Assembly (NCBI GenBank): GCA_051941275.1
Contig: JAVEBF010000065.1
Location: 1 to 36,173 of the forward strand
Direction: 5' to 3'
Source: Dirinaria sp. TL-2023a
Taxonomy: Eukaryota
Length of the DNA: 36,173 nucleotides
Of this stretch, positions 22,581 through 33,660 are shown piece by piece (positions within the stretch are counted from its first letter, which is position 1; the number at the start of each line of letters is the position of its first letter). The notes beneath the pieces are model-generated. The model searched no databases and was not told the DNA's origin. It saw only the letters and a list, made by a program, of their open reading frames with translations. The translations under genes were made by a program, and so were the position numbers.

Positions 22581-23695
22581 ATGGCTTCGTCGAGCAATGA
22601 CACCGCAAAGACCACCACTCGAGCAGAGTTCGAGGCAGTCTTTCCTTCCCTCGTGGACGACTTAATCCAAAATTGCAAGCAGTACAACGTCCCAGACAAT
22701 GCCCTCCAATGGTATCGGAAAGTACACAACAGCCATCTCGCTACATATTTCGAGCTGACATGGCTCTCCAGTCTCTCGAACATAATACCACGGGCGGAAA
22801 ATACAATCGCGGAATGACTGTCCCTGACACCGTCTCAGGCCTTCTGTCGAGGCCGTTGGAGCAGGAAGAATTCAAGCTATCAGCTGAGCTTGGTTGGATG
22901 ACCGAATTGCTTCAAGCATTCTTCCTGGTATCCGACGACATCATGGACTCTTCACACACTCGACGTGGGAACCCATGCTGGTTCCGACTGCCCGATGTCG
23001 GTATGATTGCGATCAACGATGCTTTCATGCTTGAGTCCGCAATCTACACGCTGCTGATGAAGCACTTCCGTTCTCATCCCTCCTATATTGGTTTCGTCGA
23101 GCTTTTCCATACAGTAACCTTCCAAACCGAGGTAGGCCAACTGTGCGATCTCCTTACTGCGCCCGAGGACGTCGTCGATCTGGACAATTTCTCTCCGCAA
23201 AAGCATCAATTCATTGTCATATACAAGACCGCATACTATAGCTTCTATCTCCCGGTAGCGCTGGCACTACACTATCTTAGCCTCGCGTCGGATTCGAACC
23301 TAAAACAGGCACACGATATCCTTATCCCTCTTGGCGAATACTTCCAAGTACAAGACGATTATCTTGACGCGTACGGGTCTCCCGAAGTGATTGGAAAAAT
23401 AGGCACAGATATACAAGACAATAAATGTTCTTGGTTGATCAATCAAGCCTTGGAACGGGCAAGCCCAGAGCAACGGAAAACTCTGGACGAATGCTATGGA
23501 AGGAAAGATAATTTGAAAGAGGCCGAGGTTAAAACGATCTATGAGCAGCTCAAGCTCGAGGAAGTCTACTTCGCCTATGAAGAGAAAGCTGTTGGGGAGA
23601 TTCGAAAACGCATTGCTCAAGTTGACGAAGGCGCGGGACTCAAGAAAACAGTCTTCGAGGGCTTCTTGAAAAAGATTTACAAACGTAATAAATGA
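22581..23695 (+). CDS. ERG20: Farnesyl diphosphate synthase; exons 22581-22721 and 22772-23695
   Basis: GGKYNRG, first Asp-rich motif [11 protein letters not shown] with aromatic chain-length residues, RRG, GQLCD, KTAYYSF, second motif [24 protein letters not shown]-terminal KIYKRNK. A 50-nt intron at 22722-22771. Confidence 0.97.
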
Positions 23696-24524
23696 GCCGA
23701 ATAGTTTCCATCTTGTACGACGAATGGGCTAACCATAGATGGGAATTTCCTATGTAAACGAACATGAATAACGGCCAAGCTCGCTGTTTGATAGAATTCG
23801 CTGAGGATCTTTGCGAAACTTTGTCGCTGGCTATAACAGACTCTTGTACCTTTGTGAACGATCTTGTACTACACAATTAGGAGAGCACAAGTTTACACCT
23901 GTCGCCCTAGGGATTTTCACAGTCTGGAACCCTGTGGAGAGCAAGTACCGCGTCAAAAAGGTCAGGAAGAGTACTGCTTACCAACGTACGGATAACTCTC
24001 GTACTGGTCATGCGACGACAAAGGCGTTCAAAGCGCTGTACATGGCAGTGTTCGCGGTTCGTCGGGTATCTTCCTCTTTCGTGTTCAATCACACGACCCC
24101 GTTCTTCTGTTCCATTAATGGCAGTGTTCATCGCACATCTGGAATTGTCTGGTCTTTTCCTACAGTCTTGGCATCTGGCTCATTGTTTTTGTTCCGCTAC
24201 TCGTTGTGACGCCCGACAGTGCTCAACAAAGGGTCTTTACTAGTAGTCCCTTTGTCGGCGAAAGTTCAATGCCATTGTTAATTCCTCTAATGAGCGCAAC
24301 TTCATATAAGTGAAATGGGACCGCTCCGCTTGAGTACAGTGCAGCAAGGCTCGCAGTTCAGCGAGCCCCAGCACCTAGTCTATCTTGTCTCTCGTTTTTT
24401 GCACAGCATAAGTCCTGGTGACTTGCTTGTATCTAGCCCATAAGGTTTGTGTGCTTACTGATGCTGTCTTCACCGGTTACTTATTGACGAATTAACGGCA
24501 GCCTTAGCTTGTTCGAGTAACATC

Positions 24525-26360
24525 ATGCCTTGTGTTCGTAGTTTTTTACGGCCACTCACGCGAACGGGGTCAAGAAATGGGAGAGAAGGACGTCGAGCAA
24601 GGAAAATCTCCCAACGGAAAATCTCCCAACGGCGCACCCAAGCCAACCTAGTACAAAATCTGGCTGTTGATCAGCCCTCTCACAATAGTAATGTTTGCCG
24701 TTACTGGAGCCCTGACGACATGAAACGAGGACCTCTGCGGGCTACGAACCCAGACCGATCGTCCTGGGGTGCTAACTCGAGTCACACCACTCTGGTTCTC
24801 GCAGCTGACGTCCGACCTGATGAAGCAACTCGGCGGCCCTGCGAGGTTCTCTCGGAAACGGCGCATGATGTCGTGGGCATCCAAGGCGAAGAAGCTGGGC
24901 ATGAATCAGGGGAGATTCCAATAGCGCTGAGCCCCGAACTCGTCAACCCACTACGAGCGAATCCACCCATTGTATCTCAAAATCATGAAGCTGAACCTGA
25001 AATAGATTGGGACTTGTCTACCGAAGGGCCAACGGCGAATCATCAGTCCGGCGTACCCACAGACCTCTCAGCTACAGTAGTTGATCCCTTCAATCCTATC
25101 ACTGAGGAAGACTGTCCGACGGCAACAGATCCATCGCTCCATGGCCCCGGCTCACGATATTGGCTGTTCTCCTGGGATGGCGTATTCCGGTCCCATCTCG
25201 GGGAATTTCCATCTTCTAGCTTGGAGTCAGTGATGCAAAATGCCGCGATCGTGGCACGGAATCGACGCCAGCCAACGCTCCACCGTTTTGAGCGGGTTCA
25301 CCAGCCCCTCCGACCAGGTCCAACGGAGAAGGCGCCAGTAGTTCATGCTCGAATCCTGGATTTTGCGGAGCCAGAGCCTGAGTATGGATACTACATCGAC
25401 CCTGACGAACTTTTTCTCCCCGCGACTCCTCCACCTAGTTCCAGTGCGGGCCCACAGTCGACTCAATCCAGGCACCAAAAGAATCGTGACCGCCTCAAGC
25501 AACAAGCCAGGACCGTGCTCGAATCCGTCCGCCACAAGCACTCAGCTCGGCTCAACCGCCCGAATAAAGACCCAAACCTTAGCCACCTCCCTTCATCCTC
25601 CAGTCACAAATCCCAAGCCAACCGTGAACGCAACCGCGACCACCTCCACGAACAAGCTAAAGCGGCGCTCGAAGCCGTGGAACCTAACCCCGTCCCCTCA
25701 TGCTCATCACGCCTCGCCCGGCCGATCAACCACCCAAATCTCACCCATCTCTCATCAGCCACCAACAGCCCCTCTGCAACACCAGGACCTAGCTCTCCGT
25801 CCATTCAGAAAACACCGCCTAAATCTAGCCAAGAACGAAACCGCGACCGCCTGCACCGCCAGGCCAAAGTCGCGCTCGGCGCTGGTTCTCCCAGCTCCTC
25901 AACGTCATCCCGACGAACCCGTCTCTCTAGATCGCCAAACCCGGCCCATCTCTCCTCCTCGAACTGCCAACCCCGCGCTCGCACTCGCCGTTCTCGCACT
26001 CCAAAACCTAACAACCGCGGGGACTCCTACTCCCTTATCGAATCATCTCTCGAAGCAATCTCCCCACCACAATCTTCCAAGGCTTCAAACCACCAACTCC
26101 CTTCGTTCTCCTTCTCCCCTTTCCGCCTCTCGTTCGGCAGTCGTTCAGGCGCTACATCCCGTGCCATCCGCGGTGTTAAGACGGGTTACTATGCCCTGCG
26201 GCATAAGCGGCGGGAAGAATTCCTGAGGCAGGAGTATCGGAAGGCTATTGCGGGACCCGGGTTGCGGGGTCTCGAGATTATGAAAAGCTATTTGGATGGT
26301 GCATTAGAGGATTTGGGTTCCTTTGAAGTTGACTTTGGGGGAATTGGGCAAACAGGGTAG
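24525..26360 (+). CDS. Hypothetical 611-aa Ser/Pro/Arg-rich protein with three internal repeats
   Basis: Uninterrupted 1.8-kb ORF. The repeats (Q/R)(K/E)xNRDxLxxQA(R/K)xxL..RLxR..(D/H)PNLxHL keep amino-acid similarity in this frame. No recognisable domain. Confidence 0.6.
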   Translation: MPCVRSFLRPLTRTGSRNGREGRRARKISQRKISQRRTQANLVQNLAVDQPSHNSNVCRYWSPDDMKRGPLRATNPDRSSWGANSSHTTLVLAADVRPDEATRRPCEVLSETAHDVVGIQGEEAGHESGEIPIALSPELVNPLRANPPIVSQNHEAEPEIDWDLSTEGPTANHQSGVPTDLSATVVDPFNPITEEDCPTATDPSLHGPGSRYWLFSWDGVFRSHLGEFPSSSLESVMQNAAIVARNRRQPTLHRFERVHQPLRPGPTEKAPVVHARILDFAEPEPEYGYYIDPDELFLPATPPPSSSAGPQSTQSRHQKNRDRLKQQARTVLESVRHKHSARLNRPNKDPNLSHLPSSSSHKSQANRERNRDHLHEQAKAALEAVEPNPVPSCSSRLARPINHPNLTHLSSATNSPSATPGPSSPSIQKTPPKSSQERNRDRLHRQAKVALGAGSPSSSTSSRRTRLSRSPNPAHLSSSNCQPRARTRRSRTPKPNNRGDSYSLIESSLEAISPPQSSKASNHQLPSFSFSPFRLSFGSRSGATSRAIRGVKTGYYALRHKRREEFLRQEYRKAIAGPGLRGLEIMKSYLDGALEDLGSFEVDFGGIGQTG

Positions 26361-27429
26361 TTCTGACCCTTTTGTGGTGGGGAAGGGGGGAGTTGTTTTG
26401 TGGGATAGGTGTGAGATATATAAGTATCGCACGTCTCGCAAGGTAGGTGGAAAATTCCGTTTCTTTTTTGCATGTTTTTGGGGATTAAGGGGGTCGGTTG
26501 GGTGGCCACATATATGCTGTATAATTTTCTCCGAGGGCATAGATTGTCTCACTGAAAAGCCCATAGAATGTCAAATCATATATGTCTATTACATGCATTC
26601 ATTCATTTGTCTGTGGTGCTTCAGATTCTTCATTCCTGACGCCGATTTGATACGTACACGATTATCCAATACACATTGTTAAGGCTATAACTTATGACAT
26701 ACGTTCCAAAGCTTTTTCCACAAGGAGAACATCACCCGGTGAATTTGATCCAATTTCCTCATCTTCTCCTAAATCCAAACTAGAGAAAAGGCTTACCCGT
26801 CGTACGCTTTTCTTAGTGCCCCACTCTAATCCGAAGATATATCATGCAAGTTCGCAAGTTCTATCATCGGATCAGTGGATGGGGATACTCTTCTCCCAGC
26901 ACTTTCTTACCTCGTCTCTATCACTTGAAGATGCAGCTTTTCTGGCTCGTCCCACCGTCGTCGATACCCATCTCTATCTTTTCGTATAAATACTGAAAGA
27001 TAATTGCTTCCTTAAACATCGATGTCGAGTTAATCGTGATGATTATTGCTAGAGCAGAGAATATCAAGAGGGGGAAGGTACAAGAGTAAACATCCGCTTC
27101 AAACCGATCCCCAGCCTTGATTTCTTCTACACATATCAGTCGCGAAGGTTTGAGGGTTTCAAAGTACTGGTCGTTTGAGAAGGATATGGAGGAATTCAAT
27201 TGAGCGAAGATCAAGTCTCGTACTGAAAAGCGATCTATGATCTGGCCCGTTAGGCAACCAGATGCCCGTTATACAACTCCTCTGCCATTAGTTTCTCTGG
27301 ACGATTGTCCACAAAGATGGTCTGGTAGCCTTGCTGATGAATCAAATAGTTGCTCTTACGACGATTCTCGATCGAACGATGCTTCTTCTTGAAGATCTGA
27401 ACATAGAGTTGATCGTCGAATTTTATAAT

Positions 27430-28170
27430 TGCAAAGGAATCCAAAAAATTTTTAAACAGTCGAATATCGTCATTTCACTTACTTTATTCTCATTGTTCGA
27501 ATAAATCCACTTCGACTTTGAAATCATATTTAAAAGATCAGCAAAATCGTTTGTTCGATTCATCATCGAGATAACGCTATACGCATTGATTCGATCGACG
27601 TTCAGACGAACAACAGTGAAATGAATTGGTGTTTTTCGTGACTTCATCTTTTGAACTTCGTCAAGAACAACTCGAAAAAACATTTCTCAACAATAAGATT
27701 AAACTTGATTAACTTTCTCCACATTCAGCTCGTTCTTATCATTCGCTTGATCGATATCATCGTTTTCTTGACCTACGAGCTCCCGAGATCTGACGTCTCG
27801 ACGAAAGATCCTAAGGTAGTAAATGATGCGAGTCTGCTAGATCGAGTACGAGATAAGAATCACGTGCAGAAGAGTCAAAAGCTTTTAATCAATTATCGAA
27901 ATTATTGTGTCGAGTTCTAATAACTATTTCTGCGTTTATTTTTTTTTCTTAATTTCGAAGTCGATGGAGTAAATTCTATCGATTGATCAGATTGAAGACT
28001 GCTTGATTTTTAGCGATTTGATTTTGATTTAAATCAGCACGAGATAATTATTCTTTATATCGACTGACACGGTCTTTTTAAACAAAAGATATTAAGTCAT
28101 CTTTTCTTTTTCCACCACGATGAACATTAAGTCTGTAATATCGATTTTGTTTTAAGAAGAAGAAGCATGA
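27430..28170 (-). pseudogene. Heavily mutated SNF2-family helicase ATPase relic
   Basis: Motifs in the correct order: possible Walker A remnant NKI (for GKT, about 28150); VILISYSI*QTR (for VILTSYxTW, 27863-27829); FRVVLDEVQKMKSRKT (for LDEAQ, around 27662-27651); SVISMMNRTNDFADLL (for SATPMMNR..D..GLL, from 27578). Stops and frameshifts lie between them. Confidence 0.75.
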
Positions 28171-28569
28171 TTTCTTTCTTATTTATCATTTTGAGAATAA
28201 GTATCTAAATGTTCTCTGAAATTCCTTTTTCTCAACGTCTTTCATCAAATTCATAGTTTTCTTGTGTTTCTGAATTGTAAACGTGGACATTTCGAATTTA
28301 TCGACGAACACGGATTTGCTAAATAATTAATCTTTCGAATACATTTGTCGTACGAATTGAGCTTCGTATTTGTCGTTCGTCACACTATATCGTATATTGA
28401 AAAGACTTGAAAGAGCGTGTTTTTTTCGAAACGCGGTCTTCCTATTTCCCAAAAAAAGAAAATCAACGCTATAACCTCGACGCTTGTACTGATTTTCTTT
28501 GTCCGTCATTTTGATGCAGAATTCGGGGGTAGTTCATACAGTAGAAGCTATCTCAGCCCTCCAGCTACT

Positions 28570-29420
28570 CTGACCCTGCCTTTTTCCGACACTCTTGGTC
28601 ATCTCACTGTGGGCTTTAGTCATTTGAGCCGAATGTTCTCCAGCTGCTGCCTTGTGACTGAGATGTCTTGTGACGCGTCTTTGAAGTGGGATAGTCGCTT
28701 GACCTTTTTCCTCTGAGGTAGTAATACTTTTTCATCGAAGATGATAAGTACAGAGGATGCTCTTGCAATTGATTTGATCTCTTGTTTAGCAAGGTTCAAA
28801 AACATCGAAAGTCTTTTCCACTCACAGCTCTTCCAGATAACAAAAGTCAGCTCTTCTAAAGCAGGCCTAAATCGATGAAGAGTCCCTTGTTCCGCAACAC
28901 AATTGCAGGCTACGTTATACTGCTGTTACACTGTCAAGCCTGATCTCAAAAATGTTTCTGGCATCCGGGATCTCAATGTGATCAAACTATCGATTTTCAA
29001 AGTCCATATCTTCTTTAAAACTTACCTCTTTTACTTAAACGCTTTCTCGAACGGTATTTGGGCGGATTTTAGATCCGCTCGGATCGCTTGCGGGCTTTCT
29101 TGCCCTAGATAGTTTTCGTTGTTGGTTGATAGCTTCGCTCTTCTGAGGTTCATCAGGTGATCATGTTGCTCGTTGTCGCAAGAAGCAAAAAGATCTGAGT
29201 GGTGGACTGAAGAGTCAATAAGCCTCTGTAAGTAGTGTCTTGATGGAGGGAAAATACATGTACCGAGCACGTGGTCGAAAAGTTCTCGCTTTGATAGCTA
29301 GACTTCCGTCGTCAATATCTTTCCAAAGAGAATTCTACCTCAATGCGATGTTTCTCTTTGACGATCAGATCGTCTTCAGACTTTCAAGACTCGAATCAGA
29401 TATTCTTCGACTTCGCAATT
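28570..29420 (-). pseudogene. Decayed intron-containing gene fragment of unknown family
   Basis: Protein-like open stretches flank an intron-like segment 29025-28921 (GTAAGT..CAG). In-frame stops and a phase mismatch across the intron. Confidence 0.3.
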
Positions 29421-32400
29421 TCCTCATGCTCCTTTGAGAACTTTTCGATATTGTAGGTCTGAAGAATAGCTTGCGGGAGATTGGTACAGAGACCTTCGTT
29501 CGTCATGGCAGAAGGATCCATGGCTCAAATTTCCCTGCCAATTAGACCAAGGTCGAAACCAGTACCATAATTTTCTTGTTCAGTCCAGAAATTTGTCTCT
29601 TACGGCCTGAGGAAGTTCATCAAGCCAGTATCTTTTGTCATATATACCAGACTCGCTTTTCTCATTTCGCACTGGGTGGTCTGGTTTGAGCTTAGCAGGG
29701 CATTACTGTCCGATAGGCTAAGTTTCAGATTATTAAGACTGTTCTTTGGGCTCGTCGGGGTCCTCCGAAGAAGTTTTTTGGACTCGTGAGATGAATTTCG
29801 CGATTGGACTTTGAGTGAGGTTGTTGATAGCCATTTTTGCTCCTAGAAAAATGTTCTTGACCAAGGAAGAATTTTCGGTTTGATGGTATCGTTATTGAGA
29901 TTGGATACCGTGACGAAAGAGTCATTCTCAAAAAAAGATTTTTTTCTCGATTGTTGTTGACCTAAGAAGCTCGTTGATAGCTTGATATAGCTCACTGATG
30001 TTGTTCGCTGGATTATCAATGATCATTAGCATCTTGGTTGATGGCTTGCCATCGTCTTACAGCTGCGATATTCTCATAGTCAATACCTATTGACTGCATG
30101 AAGATTCTGTGATTCAGTCGATTGACTTCTAATTTCTTCTCCTTCGCGTCACGGAATTTCGGTCAGAATTGACTGTCAGGATTCGATTGTAACTCAATCT
30201 TTTTGGTCATGACATCAGCCTCTTCATCGATGTGACGCTTTTGAGCACGAACTTATTCGAGAGGCCTCTAGGATATGAGCGATTTCCACCAAGGCCTTCA
30301 AAGTAACCCAACTTCGATCCTTGAAAGGCCGAACGCAGAGGCAGATCATTGTCAATAGCAGCGTGGCTGAGAAGCCTGCGATCTTTGTGATGGCAAGCGA
30401 TCAGAGCGAAATTCAAGATCTGTTCTGTGGTGCTGAGATCCCGCGCCTGAAGCGTAGTAGCCTTTTTCAATCGTCTTCGGTATAGAATGGTCAACTTAAC
30501 AGTTGAGCTTGCACTACGGCTTTAGAGATTGTATCTGGAACGTCGGTATTCTGTAAAATTTTGATTTTGATTTTCTCTGAATTGATCCAAATGGATATCA
30601 AGTTTTTCCCTCTATCGTTCCCGATTATTTTTCTGATTCATTTATATGAATGGCCTGAACATAGGTACATAGAATTTCTCCACTGAAGATAACGGCTCTG
30701 TCTATTCAGACCTCGAGGACATCCCTGAACGATCGTGCTCGATCATCATTTTGGCATCTCGGGTGTGATATTTTCTTAAAGAGTGGTAAATTTAGGCTCC
30801 TCGTCTCTGCAACTATCTGCCGCGAGCTTTGAGCTTGAAGAGTCTTTTACTCTCGATCCAACGTGGCTGCGTGGCATAATTCCAGTATAATATTTCAAAG
30901 AGGAAGAAAAAAAAAAGGACAGAGATAGAAATTCAGTCGAGCATTGTGTATGTAATGCAAGAGATATATTTCTTCCAGGTATCGAAACCTGTCAATCGGT
31001 GAACAGAAACAAAGCCTGCGTACTCAACTCTATTTAAAGAGGAACCGTCTCGATAGCGAGATCGGTACTCTTGTGTTTCGGGATCGTCTCAATTGAGTCG
31101 ACGCAAAATAGAAGTATCACTTGATAATAATGGAGTGGATAATCTGGATTGGGGAGCGAGTATAATCAACGGTTCTCTTACACTACTTCAGCCAACTCAA
31201 TCTGCAATTTCTTCGCTAGCTCGATCGAAATTTGTCTCCCTCTGACTTTGGCGGTTGGTTTATGTTCGATTTCACGCTGTCTTTTCTCAAATTGCATCAA
31301 TTTTCGCTCTGCCCGTACCTCGCGGATGTAACTCAGACTCACGACTTTTGTCGATGATTCTTTTCGTGATCTTTAATCTCTTGACTGGTATATTTGAAGC
31401 AGATGCCTCGATGGATATCATTGAGCCGAAGACATGATGTCGATTGACTTTGAAATGTTGTCGAAATGCTGCCGAGTAGTGTTTCGAATAAAGTCAAGTC
31501 TCTCTTGGTAGTTCGATCGTAAACTGTCTTCTTCTTTAAAAAAAGAGAAGAAGAAAAGGCTCAGAGCTACCGCAGGTGTTCGACCACTCTTGAATGATTC
31601 GAAAAGTAGCTGCAAAGTGCGTCGAGCTCAAGAGAGTGATTCAATGAAAAGGTGAGTAACAGACCGCGACGAAAGCGTAGATGTAAAGAATGAAAATTTC
31701 AACTTGTTTATCTAGGACATATCTCCACTAAATAACAGAAAGAATAAAAAATACCTATAGCTGCCGTGATTTAGTATATCATGATGGTCAGTGTTAGTGA
31801 AAACATTTTGGAGCATCGGCGTCTCAATTGCTTTTGCTCTGATGAACTAAAGAGAAAGTGAAAAGACAGATTTCTGTAATCTAAGCACTCAGCTATGAGT
31901 ACACAAAGCATTCCAATTGTTGCCTTCGGCCTCTTGAGCCCGGGTTGTACATTTCTCTTTATTTTTTTTATTTTTAATCATGACGTTCAGAGTGCTTCCT
32001 CAATATCCATCCGACTAGGGGAGAGCCGAGAAGGAAAAAAATATCTCTGGTTCAGCTCGATGCGAAGAGGGAGTTCCGAATAGCGACTGCAACATTGGTA
32101 TTTTCTTCGTTATTATTATTAAATTTCGAGTCAGTCATCATCACATGTCAACTGAGAACAAAACAGTCAGACAAGTCGAATCTTGGTAGGAATTGCTTGT
32201 AAAGGTTGGAACAATTCGCAGAGTCAATCAGAGAACTCATAGCAGTCATTAAATCATGTTTCTCATCGAGACGATGCTCGCGATGGAGAATTTTCATTAC
32301 AGAATCAAAAGTTTTTGGGACGAAGGTTTTCTCAGAATGAGCACGCGAAGAAATATGAATGTTGAGAAGATCGAATGAGAACTTGATTCAATGTAACTGA

Positions 32401-32448
32401 GTACTCATCATTGATGTTTCAAAATGAGAATGATTGAATTTTGAAAGA

Positions 32449-32849
32449 CATCCACCGCCAACCTCGCCACACACCGCCGGCATCAGGCGAGGGGTTCCTC
32501 GCCGACTATAGCACCATGTTAGCCCAGCTCCTTCTCAGGATGTTTTGGGTACCTACCTGCGGCGAAAACCGGCACCCTTGGCGAGGGGGAGCCGGGAGAG
32601 GGGACCACCACACCCGTCGACCCCGACGGCGAGGGAGCAGGACCGGCCGGAGTGACGGGCGTGGCGCCCGCAAGCTGGGAAGAGGGGGAGGCGGGGGACG
32701 AGACGGAGGCGGGGAAAGACGAGACGAAGCGACCTCGAGAGTCGCGCGCGCGAGCACGAGGGAGAGCTTATGCCACAGTCAGCGGTGTACTCAGCAGTCA
32801 GGGGGGCTCGTGGCGACGATGAGTCTCGCAAATGACAAGCACTTACCAT
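32449..32849 (-). pseudogene. GC-rich 5' fragment of a two-intron gene (MALPRARARDSRGRFV..Ser/Pro-rich..PLA*CRRCVARL), truncated
   Basis: ATG|GTAAGT at 32849. GCTGAC branch, with the acceptor reading TAA where TAG is expected (32770-32768). 211-nt exon 2. Intact intron 32556-32506 (GTAGGT..GCTAAC..TAG). An in-frame TGA precedes a CxxC, then an abrupt junction to AT-rich DNA. Confidence 0.6.
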
Positions 32850-33429
32850 GGTAGATCTATATCGGGTGAAACAATCATGTTAGTCAGGGTACTCAACAGC
32901 TTTCAAACGCGTCGAAACGATCGTCCTTTGCCACCGATTTGGGGGTCACCACGTCGCTACCTTCAGTGAGTTAATTGAACCTATTCGTCGATTCATCTTC
33001 TCTGTCAACTTTGATTTGTCTCTCGCTTCCATTTGTTGTGTACCGACGATCGAGCTCATCTCTCAAGTCGCTTTCTTTCACAGGAAAAGTAGATTATCAA
33101 CAAATGTTCGATTGAAAGGTCAAATGTAGCCATGATGTTGATGAAGAACTACAAAGACACAAGGTGTTGATATACGAGAATCATCAGACATCGAATGTGT
33201 CGAGGAAAAGATTAAAATTCTCACATCCTCAATGTCATTGTTTTTCTCATTCATCGAAACGTGAAATTTCGCAACTCGAGGAGTGATTCTGAGATCATAA
33301 ATCGTGTGTGGTTTTTGAATGATAGAGAAAATAAAAAGGACATGAAAAACCGCGACAGAAAATAAAGAGATAAAGAAGTCGCAATGAGTCATTGAATTGT
33401 CTCTTTTGCTGTCGTACACACCGCCACAC

Positions 33430-33660
33430 AGTCTGTCAGGTCTAGTACGACTCTCCGCTGAAAGGGGCTCCCATGGAGATACAGCACATTGCGCTTTATT
33501 AACAACTCCAGAGTGGAGGTGTATAGCCACGTTTGTTTGTTTCTGTGGCCCTTCGACAGGTGGTGAGAAAGCCGTAAAATCACTTAAGAACCAGCCATCT
33601 TGGTCGGATGATATGTCTCCAGCGTAGTAATCTAGTACGCCAACGAAAGAAACGTAAAAG
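33430..33660 (-). pseudogene. Frameshifted N-terminal fragment of an uncharacterised fungal 'DGWFxSDF' protein family
   Basis: VGVLDY..SSDQDGWFLSDF in one frame continues as HHLSKG..KQTWL..LLIKRNVLYLHGSPFQRRVVLD in another. I recall this motif string from fungal hypothetical proteins but have not verified it by search. Confidence 0.5.

Noticed and set aside
8674..23695. One biosynthetic cluster linking the NIS synthetase with the prenyl diphosphate synthase
   Set aside because: The synthase has all housekeeping ERG20 features, is paired with CDC23 about 12 kb away, and no tailoring genes lie between them.
25345..26226. 293-aa overlapping ORF inside the 611-aa gene
   Set aside because: Same-strand alternative frame in C-rich, stop-poor sequence with a non-ATG start. 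The repeat motif is better conserved in the long frame.
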